Shown here one piece after another: positions 37,630 to 45,708 of a DNA stretch of 64,000 nucleotides. The position numbers were made by a program, and so were the translations under genes. Position 1 is the stretch's first letter. Every line of letters starts with the position of its first letter. The notes under the pieces are model-generated. The model did no database searches, was not told the DNA's origin, and saw nothing but the letters and a program-made list of their open reading frames with translations. Source of the stretch: Candidatus Methanoperedens sp. (lineage in GTDB: Archaea; Halobacteriota; Methanosarcinia; Methanosarcinales; Methanoperedenaceae); the NCBI GenBank assembly GCA_036567605.1, contig DATCUE010000117.1, forward strand, positions 482-64,481, in the 5' to 3' direction.

Positions 37630-38559
37630 TTATTTTTTCCCTACATATACCCACTGGTCGTAAATCCCCTTGCTGTCTGTATTATCAATAATATTTCCTG
37701 CGATCCCGCATTTTTCAAGCGCTCTTTCCAGGATCTCTATCTCCTCTTTTTTATTCACGGTCAAAAGCATCATCCCACCGGGTTTCAGTATCCTGGCTGA
37801 TTCTTCCACGATTTTTTCCCAGATATCCCTGTTGTAAGAATATATCATGCCGAGCATGAAACCGACAATGGTATCAAAGGAATTTTCAGGGAAGAACTGC
37901 GAAAGTCTCATGGCATCAAGAACTATCGTTCTCTTCGGATCCAGGACTTCATGTTCAAGTCCCTGGCATATCTGGCATTTATCGTTGTCAACAGCCAGCG
38001 GCGAGTATCCAAGTTCATGTAGCGGCAGGGTTGACATGCCGTTGCCACAGCATATTTCAAGAATGTCTCCCCGCAATTTGTATTTTTCCAGAAGTTCCTT
38101 GAGCTTTGAATTCCGGCTTTCAATGTATACCATTTCGTATGGTTCTTTTGATATGCGGCAATTCTCGCATAATTGCCTGTCAACAAGTGCCAGGGAATAA
38201 TATTCGATTATCGCATCATTGAATTTCCTGAGTGTGGTCTGGATTGACCTGTTTATTTTCAGTTTTTCTGCGATTTTTAAAAACTTCCTGCTGTTTTCAT
38301 TCGGAACAGGATTTGTAGAAACTAATCCTGTGAAGATTGCCCAGAACGCGGGGGAATCCCCGGTTTCCTGGTTATACACGGCCAGTCCCGCGATTTCACC
38401 CTTCTCATCAGTGATTCCGATAATTTCGCAAGCAGGATCTTTCAGGATATTTTCCAAATAGTGCAGTGACAGTGCATTATTTTTCAAAGATGCATAGCTT
38501 TCCTCAACAAAATATATATTCTCCTGTGCAGGAAGTCCCAGAATATCGTGGATGAGCAT
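37630..38559 (-). CDS. Class I SAM-dependent methyltransferase with N-terminal accessory domain
   Basis: 309 aa. ILEICCGNGMSTLPLHELGYSPLAVDND is motif I and LKPGGMMLL follows. Its stop is 1 nt before the rlmE start. Confidence 0.65.
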   Translation of the reverse strand: MLIHDILGLPAQENIYFVEESYASLKNNALSLHYLENILKDPACEIIGITDEKGEIAGLAVYNQETGDSPAFWAIFTGLVSTNPVPNENSRKFLKIAEKLKINRSIQTTLRKFNDAIIEYYSLALVDRQLCENCRISKEPYEMVYIESRNSKLKELLEKYKLRGDILEICCGNGMSTLPLHELGYSPLAVDNDKCQICQGLEHEVLDPKRTIVLDAMRLSQFFPENSFDTIVGFMLGMIYSYNRDIWEKIVEESARILKPGGMMLLTVNKKEEIEILERALEKCGIAGNIIDNTDSKGIYDQWVYVGKK

Positions 38560-38567
38560 TACTTTTC

Positions 38568-39167
38568 TTAATCGCCTTCGTCCGGTTCATCATCGCGGTA
38601 ACTTGTATCCCCTACCATTGCGGCGCTGATGGAATCTATTCCGTCAAGCCACTCCGCAACAAGCCCTTCGGGTAAATCATCAAGGTCTTTTTCATTGATC
38701 TTGCCGCCAGCAAGGATATTTGCGCCAATTTCTGCGATATTACCAAGTGCAGCGCCCATATTTTCCTCTTTTTCAGCCTGTACGGCGCCTTTTATCAATT
38801 TATCGAGATTTTTTGTTTTCTCGAATGCCTTCTCCACGTAACATTCGCATGACGCAAAGACTCCCATCAGGGATAATTGAGTGGATTCAAGCATTATATC
38901 AATATCCTCATTTATCGGTTCGATATTCTTAAGCACGATTTCTTTTATTTCTGAGAGATATTTCAGGGCATCTTCACCCGACATGAGATTTTTATCGTAT
39001 TTTGCGATCACTTTCAAACATGCAAGTACGACGTCGTCTTCCATATATACAAATACAGCCCCTTTCTCCTGGTCATCGAGTTTAAAACCGCTTTCTTTAA
39101 CTTTATTTATCCAGTTTTGCCATCGTTCCGCGGTGTAGAACGGGATTGTATATTTTGTCTCCTGCAT
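38568..39167 (-). CDS. Hypothetical acidic cytoplasmic protein (possibly DUF2150-like)
   Basis: 199 aa with a very acidic C-terminus (YRDDEPDEGD). The family call is tentative recollection. Confidence 0.45.
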   Translation of the reverse strand: MQETKYTIPFYTAERWQNWINKVKESGFKLDDQEKGAVFVYMEDDVVLACLKVIAKYDKNLMSGEDALKYLSEIKEIVLKNIEPINEDIDIMLESTQLSLMGVFASCECYVEKAFEKTKNLDKLIKGAVQAEKEENMGAALGNIAEIGANILAGGKINEKDLDDLPEGLVAEWLDGIDSISAAMVGDTSYRDDEPDEGD

Positions 39168-39194
39168 ATTTTCTCCTTTTGTCCTGAATGATTA

Positions 39195-39578
39195 TTAATT
39201 TTCTGTCATTTTAGTTTTAGTTAATTTCCTTACTTTATCTATTAATTCATTTTTCTCGAAGGGTTTTGTTATATAATCGTCGGCCTTCAGAACGTGCAGT
39301 CCCAGAAATTTGTCTATATTCTGCGCTTTGGCCGTTAGGATAACAATTGGAATTTTTGAATCTATATCTTTAATTTTCCTGAAAACATCCCAGCCGTCCA
39401 TATCAGGCATCATAATATCAAGCAGCACGAGATCAGGTTTTAAAGCGATCCGGTTTAAGGCTTCTTTCCCACTGGATGCCAGCAGAGTTTTAAAACCTTT
39501 GCTTTCAAGGATTAATTTAACAAGTTCAAGAGTATCCGGCTCATCATCAACAATCAACACTTTCTTAATGTCATTCAT
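39195..39578 (-). CDS. Stand-alone response regulator receiver (CheY-like)
   Basis: 127 aa. VLIVDDEPD, DLVLLDIMMPDMDG (phospho-acceptor Asp) and ILTAKA...KPF are present. Confidence 0.9.
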   Translation of the reverse strand: MNDIKKVLIVDDEPDTLELVKLILESKGFKTLLASSGKEALNRIALKPDLVLLDIMMPDMDGWDVFRKIKDIDSKIPIVILTAKAQNIDKFLGLHVLKADDYITKPFEKNELIDKVRKLTKTKMTEN

Positions 39579-42261
39579 TCATTTTTCTCCGTTTTGGCAG
39601 TAAAATATGAAAGGTACTCCCTGTATTTTTACTTTCCGCCCAGATTTTTCCGCTATGGGCTTCCACTATATTTTTGGAAACCCATAAACTCAATCCAGTG
39701 CCTCCATATTTTTGGGAATCCGATGACTCCACATGATAAAATTTATCGAATATAAATTCGAGCTTATCGCCTGGAATACCAATGCCTGTATCGCTGATTT
39801 TGATGTGTGCACAATTATTTTCCTCCGCAGCCGTTATTCTTATTTCGCCTTTTATTGTGAATTTAATTGCGTTATCTATTAAATATGAGAAAACCTGTGT
39901 CAGCCTGTCCTTGTCGCCTTCGATCATTAATGAGTGAGGTATCTCAATATACATAGGGACGGACTTAATTGATGCCATGCTCTTCATATCTTCTGCAGCC
40001 ATGACCACGATGTCATGGATCGATAACATTTGCAGGTCGAGTTGAAGACTCTTTGACTCAATGAGCGTAGTGTCGAGCAATCCGTTTATCAACCTTGATA
40101 AACGTTTTGAATTCCGAAGAATTGTTTCAAGTTTTTGTCTCTGTCCTTCAGTCACATTTTCGTCAAGTATCAGTTCTGTATATCCAATGATTGATGTGAG
40201 CGGTGTTCTGAGTTCATGGGATATATTTGAAAGGAAACTTTCTTTCATCTGGTAAAGTTCCTTGAGTTTTAGATATGTTAGTCTGAGCTCTTCGTAAGAA
40301 TCTTTAAGCTCTTCTTCAAGTCTTCTCTGGGCAGTCACATCCTTCATTACGGTAATTATTTTTTCAACATTCCCTTTCTTGTCCTTGATCGGGATCTTGG
40401 AAGTGCTGGTATAAATCGTATCGCCATAATATTCCGTTTTATCTTCGCTCTGGAAAATTTCTCCGGTCTTCAGGACATATTCATATTCTTTGTCTGCATT
40501 TTTTCCTTTCAGGAAAGGGTAAACTTCATAAATACTTTTATTCAATATATTCTCCTTTTTAAGTCTGCCCCTGCTGAGATTTAACAATTCATTATTAATT
40601 GCAAGGATTTTCAAATCATTATCAACAACATGGATGGCCAGGTTGACATTGTTGAGTATCTCTTCATTAAAATCATTTAAATATTTTATATTATTATAAA
40701 AAAAGATGTTTTCCAGAGCTACCCCTATCTGGCTGCCGAGTGCAGAAAAAAGTTTCTTATCACTATCCGAAAATTGACGGGGCTTTTGGTCATGGAGCGT
40801 AATTATCCCGAGGACTTTATCTTTGGATTTAAGAGGAACGCTGAAAAAAGAACCTTGGCTTATTATTGATTTCATCCCGGGAAATTCGTGTGCATCTTCA
40901 AGGATCATTACTTCCCCGCTCTTTCCCATCTGGTTAATAGTCGTTTCCGGAAGAATAATTTTACCTTTCCCGGTCCGGCTTTTAAGGAAAAAATCCCCTT
41001 TTGTCTCATCAAGGAGATGCACTTCCCCGTTTTCCATCCTGGTAAGTTTCAATAAATTTTCAAGCGTATTCGAGAGCAGTTTATCAAGATCAAATATTTC
41101 ACTTAGATTTTTTGATATTTCATTGAGCAGGGTAAGTTCCCGGTTTCGTTCGATTATTTCGTCTTCAAGATTTTTTTGCTGTGTCACGTCTCTTGCTACC
41201 AGGATTATATTTGTCATCCCTTTTTTGTCGGAAAAAAGCGATGCATTTAATTCAAGGATTTTCTTGTTCCCTCCGGGATAGGCCTCATGTATAATCCTGA
41301 TAGGAGTTTTAGTTTCCAGTAATTTATTAACCGGGCATTCTTCTTTTTGCTGCTGTGATGGCTTATTCTTAAAAATCAATTGGTGACATGTTTTCCCAAG
41401 CACCTGTTGTTCATTCAGGCCCATCATATCCAGGAATGATTTGTTGGCTTTAATAATCCCGTGATTTATATTCAGAACAACAATCCCGTCATCAATATTT
41501 TCAAATAGCGTTTCGAGATATTTCTGCGCAGTTTCTGTTTGTTCTTTTGATACCACAATATCCCTGATTTTCTGGTCAAGATGCGAGGCCATATCATTGA
41601 TGGTTCTGGCAAGTTCACCCAGCTCATCCCTGGAATTTATATCTATCTTCCGGTCAAGAACGCCGCTATTAATCCTCTTTGCTCCTTCGGTAAGCTTAAG
41701 GATGGGCTCGGTTAACCATCTCCCTGTGAAATAAATAAATACACCTCCGAAAACCAGTACTGAAATAGAGAGCAACATAAGTTTTCGTGATGCATCGGCG
41801 ATTTGCTCCCTTATCTTATTTTCAGATAATCCCAGATGAACATAGCCTATGTTTTTAAAAATGGGTATATCGAAATCATGTATAATCCCTTTATCTGTAT
41901 CAAACACACGTTCTGTCATCGCATTCGAAGGGCCGGTCATATTCTTAAAAGCTTTCGGGAAACCGTTTTCAAAAGTATGCACAAGCACTATTCCTGCGGA
42001 ATCTGTCACGAAAATATATTCGATGTCCGGGTAATTCTTTTTTAGATTCTCAACCGAGTTCCTTACCCCGACAAGGTCATTTACCAGTAGCGAATCTGCA
42101 ATTTCCGACGCCAGGTTGTTGGCGAGCAAAAATCCTCTGTCATGGAAGTCGCCTTTGATTATCCCGGTCTGGATATCCTGGATAACCAGATAAGACCCGG
42201 CTATTATCAGGAACATTATTAAAAATGTAGATAGAATAATCCGGAAACGCAGGCTCGTCAT
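39571..42261 (-). CDS. Multidomain sensor histidine kinase (TM-sensor-TM-HAMP-PAS-GAF-PAS-HisKA-HATPase)
   Basis: 896 aa. H box SHELRTPLTSIIGY, N box DNAIKFT, G box DTGIGI/GGTGLSL. HAMP-like LTEPILKLTEGAKRINSG. Two TM helices flank an N-terminal extracytoplasmic domain. Confidence 0.9.
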   Translation of the reverse strand: MTSLRFRIILSTFLIMFLIIAGSYLVIQDIQTGIIKGDFHDRGFLLANNLASEIADSLLVNDLVGVRNSVENLKKNYPDIEYIFVTDSAGIVLVHTFENGFPKAFKNMTGPSNAMTERVFDTDKGIIHDFDIPIFKNIGYVHLGLSENKIREQIADASRKLMLLSISVLVFGGVFIYFTGRWLTEPILKLTEGAKRINSGVLDRKIDINSRDELGELARTINDMASHLDQKIRDIVVSKEQTETAQKYLETLFENIDDGIVVLNINHGIIKANKSFLDMMGLNEQQVLGKTCHQLIFKNKPSQQQKEECPVNKLLETKTPIRIIHEAYPGGNKKILELNASLFSDKKGMTNIILVARDVTQQKNLEDEIIERNRELTLLNEISKNLSEIFDLDKLLSNTLENLLKLTRMENGEVHLLDETKGDFFLKSRTGKGKIILPETTINQMGKSGEVMILEDAHEFPGMKSIISQGSFFSVPLKSKDKVLGIITLHDQKPRQFSDSDKKLFSALGSQIGVALENIFFYNNIKYLNDFNEEILNNVNLAIHVVDNDLKILAINNELLNLSRGRLKKENILNKSIYEVYPFLKGKNADKEYEYVLKTGEIFQSEDKTEYYGDTIYTSTSKIPIKDKKGNVEKIITVMKDVTAQRRLEEELKDSYEELRLTYLKLKELYQMKESFLSNISHELRTPLTSIIGYTELILDENVTEGQRQKLETILRNSKRLSRLINGLLDTTLIESKSLQLDLQMLSIHDIVVMAAEDMKSMASIKSVPMYIEIPHSLMIEGDKDRLTQVFSYLIDNAIKFTIKGEIRITAAEENNCAHIKISDTGIGIPGDKLEFIFDKFYHVESSDSQKYGGTGLSLWVSKNIVEAHSGKIWAESKNTGSTFHILLPKRRKMNE

Positions 42262-43169
42262 TTCACTATTTTCCTCATTTCCCGTACCGGATTATACGCA
42301 TTGTCGTCCATAATGATAAATCTGTCAATCATTATACTGGAAAGGATCCTCCTGCCTTCTTCATCCCTGTCCATATTCATGAAAATATCTCTAAGTCTTT
42401 TCTCCAAAAATGGATCGATATCTTTTGAAACCACGACGGGAGGATTCCCAAAGGGTTGTGAGACTTCGATTATCCGGGTTTTTGATATAATGTCGGGTTC
42501 TGTTTTTTTCATATATTCATACACAAGGCTGTTCACGGCTGCACCGTCTGCCAGTTCCTCTGCGACCGCAATAATTGAGTAGTCATGGCTGTACGTAAAA
42601 AAAGAATTATTTCTGCCCTTCTCATCCACCCCAAAAAAAGAAGCAGGTGTTTCATTGATGAGAGCAAGCTTATATGACGGATAAAGCATTCCCGAACTTG
42701 ACAGAGGATCTGTGAATGCAAATTTTTTTCCGCGCAGATCGGAAAAATCAGTGTAACTGCTGTTTTTCGGAACAATTACATATGAATTATATGTTGTTCT
42801 CCCGTACATTTGAGGGGCCACAAGAAGTTTTAATCCAAATGACTCATTTCCTTCAACATATGGGCCGCTGCATACGAAAGCGAAATCTATCTCTTTATTT
42901 TTCAGAAGGTCATTTATTTCCTGATATGTCCTTCTCTGGATTATTTTGACGGGACCGCCTATCTTTCTTGAGATATATTGTATCATCTCTTCATAATATA
43001 TGTAGGACTCCTTGGGGGAAATGACAGATCCAATAGCTACTTTGATGGCGGTATCATTCTCCCGTATATCGGATTCCTGGATGGCTCCCAGATTTATTTT
43101 TGCACGGTTTTCGATACAACCCGAAGTTATTGCGACCAACAATAATATGATTAAATATATGTATTTCAT
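42258..43169 (-). CDS. PhnD-like (phosphonate/phosphite ABC-type) periplasmic substrate-binding protein
   Basis: 303 aa. Lipobox-like ITSGC. VAIGSVISPKESYIYYEEMIQYISRKIGGPVKIIQRRTYQEINDLL is typical of PhnD-family SBPs. 4-nt overlap with the kinase gene. I saw no transporter genes nearby. Confidence 0.7.
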   Translation of the reverse strand: MKYIYLIILLLVAITSGCIENRAKINLGAIQESDIRENDTAIKVAIGSVISPKESYIYYEEMIQYISRKIGGPVKIIQRRTYQEINDLLKNKEIDFAFVCSGPYVEGNESFGLKLLVAPQMYGRTTYNSYVIVPKNSSYTDFSDLRGKKFAFTDPLSSSGMLYPSYKLALINETPASFFGVDEKGRNNSFFTYSHDYSIIAVAEELADGAAVNSLVYEYMKKTEPDIISKTRIIEVSQPFGNPPVVVSKDIDPFLEKRLRDIFMNMDRDEEGRRILSSIMIDRFIIMDDNAYNPVREMRKIVK

Positions 43170-43173
43170 TGCA

Positions 43174-43491
43174 TTATCCTTTAAAAAGTTCTTTGATCAA
43201 CCAGCCCCAGTATTTTATCGAAGCGATAAGGCCAAATGTCATACCAGATGCAAAAAAAGCATACCCATACCTGAAAATTTCCAAACGTTCATTCGTCATC
43301 ACCGATAGAACCAGAATAACCGAACCAGATAAGGTAAAAAATATCCCAATATAATAGAGATAATAGTATTTTTTCAATCCCATAGCCTCACCCAGCCGTT
43401 TGCTCAGGACACTTAGAAAATAGAGTATTAATGTAAACAAAAAGAACGATATTGCATCAGCCGAATCCAGAGCCACCAGAAGCGGATTCAT
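43174..43491 (-). CDS. Small three-helix membrane protein (105 aa), paralogue of 43488-43766
   Basis: Shares the motif LKKYYYLYYIGIF with KKTFYYLYYIPII of the upstream ORF. 4-nt overlap with that ORF. Confidence 0.5.
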   Translation of the reverse strand: MNPLLVALDSADAISFFLFTLILYFLSVLSKRLGEAMGLKKYYYLYYIGIFFTLSGSVILVLSVMTNERLEIFRYGYAFFASGMTFGLIASIKYWGWLIKELFKG

Positions 43492-43766
43492 TCGACACCC
43501 ACCATTATCCTGTAGAGATAAAAACTCAAAACGAAAGAACCAAGCGAACCAAGAAGTTCTATTGATTCGTGGATGTGTTTATTAAAATAAAATAGTTCAT
43601 TAGCCGCCACAATAATAATGATTATTGGAATATAATAAAGATAATAAAAAGTTTTTTTACCGAATTTTTTCTGGTAGAATTTGGCGATTGCGGATATTAA
43701 AATCATTATGATACTCGCCGCAATCCAGGCGTATATTTCAATTATTTCATGAGATAAGGTATGCAT
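43488..43766 (-). CDS. Small three-helix membrane protein (92 aa)
   Basis: Hydrophobic. Starts 5 nt after the KaiC-like gene stop. Paralogous to 43174-43491. Confidence 0.5.
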   Translation of the reverse strand: MHTLSHEIIEIYAWIAASIIMILISAIAKFYQKKFGKKTFYYLYYIPIIIIIVAANELFYFNKHIHESIELLGSLGSFVLSFYLYRIMVGVE

Positions 43767-43771
43767 AGCAA

Positions 43772-45214
43772 CTATTTTCTAAAAGCTTTCAGGAAAGCAT
43801 CGGAAGGCGTCTTTACCGGACTTCCTGACAGCAATCCTGAATATTCACTGAAAGGCATTCTAATTTCAACACCCTTTTCATTGATAATTATTTCTCTTAT
43901 CTCCTTATCATGGTTGCTGCCTTTCATCTTAAGAACAGATATAACTTTTCGCATCTCGCTTTTTATTTCCACGTACCGCAGCAATATAATAGCGTCCATT
44001 AGAGGGGAAATGCCGGTGCCTGTGACCTGCGCTGTTCCGGTCAGGTTTGAAGTCTCGTTTGTATAGATGGCTGTTACATTTTTATTTTTCAAAGTATTAA
44101 TAATATTACTCATATACTCTGGAAATTGAATATATCGGGGCATCAATCTTTGAAGCCTGGCCATTCCGTCAAACAGCAGCCGCCTGGCTTTTATTTCTGC
44201 AATTTTCTCATCCAGTTGAATTGCCAGTTCATTAACGTCAAAATCAAGTGGGGAAATTATTTTAAGCATGTTTCTATTTTCATAATCCTCAAGGTTCCAG
44301 CCGAAAATCTTTGAATTTTCACGTATCTGGATTTCATCTTCTTCAAAGGAGATTATTATGCCAGGCTCATTTTTTAATAAACCCTCAAAAATAAATTGCA
44401 TCCCGATTATTGTCTTTCCGGATCCGCTGCTGCCTGAAAGTAACGTCGCCGAATCACTGATAATGCCTCCATCGGTCATTTTGTCCAATCCCTTTATTCC
44501 CCAGGATAGCCGTTCTTTTGAAATAGATTTCCTCTCGCCTGCAGGTAATCTGGGAAATACCACGAATCCATCTTTTGTTATTTTACACGAATGTTTGCCA
44601 CCCTGGATATCCTGCCCTCTCATTTTAGGAATATTGATATAGCGTATACTGCTCTCATAAAAAGGTTTATAATTGATATAGATAATTCCATCAACCAGAT
44701 AGCTCAGCGTATTTTCAATAAGCTCATGCTCAGTAAATTCTCCTGTTAACAAAACGAGAGAATTCCAGCTTTTCATGCTGGTAAAAAAATCGTAATAGAA
44801 CTGGCGCTGCGATTCCCCATCCAGTCCCATAGCAAATACATTCACAGGATCAATCACAATCCTGTCAGGCTTGATTGTTTCTACATTCTTTTCCATTTCG
44901 TCAATTATGGCCTTCGGGCCCTTATGGATAATCTGGATGTCGATAGGGACGTACTTCACATTCCCTTTTCCAAGCATTGAAATATTATAGAAAGAAAACC
45001 TGGACATGAAATTGTTGATCATGGCTATCGGCTCGGATAGCGAGGTTATATACATGCAGATTTCTTCATTTTTTGCAGCATTGAAAAGAGATTGCATCGC
45101 AAATGTGGTCTTCCCCGTCCCGGCGGTGCCTGCTATCAAAACGATCGACGGCCGCAGGAAACCTCCTTCCAATATTTTATCAAGACCTTTTATACCTGTG
45201 GCAACCTGTTTCAT
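43772..45214 (-). CDS. KaiC-like double RecA-domain ATPase
   Basis: 480 aa. Two Walker A motifs (GTAGTGKTT, GSSGSGKTI), each preceded by GIKGLDK. Confidence 0.85.
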   Translation of the reverse strand: MKQVATGIKGLDKILEGGFLRPSIVLIAGTAGTGKTTFAMQSLFNAAKNEEICMYITSLSEPIAMINNFMSRFSFYNISMLGKGNVKYVPIDIQIIHKGPKAIIDEMEKNVETIKPDRIVIDPVNVFAMGLDGESQRQFYYDFFTSMKSWNSLVLLTGEFTEHELIENTLSYLVDGIIYINYKPFYESSIRYINIPKMRGQDIQGGKHSCKITKDGFVVFPRLPAGERKSISKERLSWGIKGLDKMTDGGIISDSATLLSGSSGSGKTIIGMQFIFEGLLKNEPGIIISFEEDEIQIRENSKIFGWNLEDYENRNMLKIISPLDFDVNELAIQLDEKIAEIKARRLLFDGMARLQRLMPRYIQFPEYMSNIINTLKNKNVTAIYTNETSNLTGTAQVTGTGISPLMDAIILLRYVEIKSEMRKVISVLKMKGSNHDKEIREIIINEKGVEIRMPFSEYSGLLSGSPVKTPSDAFLKAFRK

Positions 45215-45245
45215 TCTTTCTCCGATTTCACCCAGAAGGCCGGTA

Positions 45246-45611
45246 TCAACCCAGAACCTGCTTTACTTTTTCAGATGCTTTAGCCACTTCAACCAGAATT
45301 AAACCAAGATTTGCATCAGGTTTTGTCATGGCTATAAGTAACGCTTTTGATCCCGCCCCCGTTGCAACTATCTTCCCATGTTTTGACTCCACAAGAATCC
45401 TATCCGGAATACCCTTTCCAAGTTCTGTCGCTGCAGTTTCCGCTGCTCCCACCATCGTAGCGGACATTGCACAAAAAGTTTCAGCATGCTGTTTCTGTGA
45501 CATATTAGAACTTATAAGTAAACCATCCCTGCTTGCTATGGCTGACGCTTCAACTCCCCCTATATTATTAAGATCTTTTAATATTTCATCTAATATTTCT
45601 GTTGTTGTCAT
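45246..45611 (-). CDS. Roadblock/LC7 (MglB-like) domain protein
   Basis: 121 aa. LKDLNNIGGVEASAIASRDGLLISS is a canonical Roadblock/LC7 signature. Confidence 0.8.
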   Translation of the reverse strand: MTTTEILDEILKDLNNIGGVEASAIASRDGLLISSNMSQKQHAETFCAMSATMVGAAETAATELGKGIPDRILVESKHGKIVATGAGSKALLIAMTKPDANLGLILVEVAKASEKVKQVLG

Positions 45612-45708
45612 AAGGGTTTATATAAATTGTCATTCTAAGCCTGTTAATTCATAATTTAACATTTATCAGATATATATCTTTGTAAATCTAAATTTATATA
45701 TTATTTCA

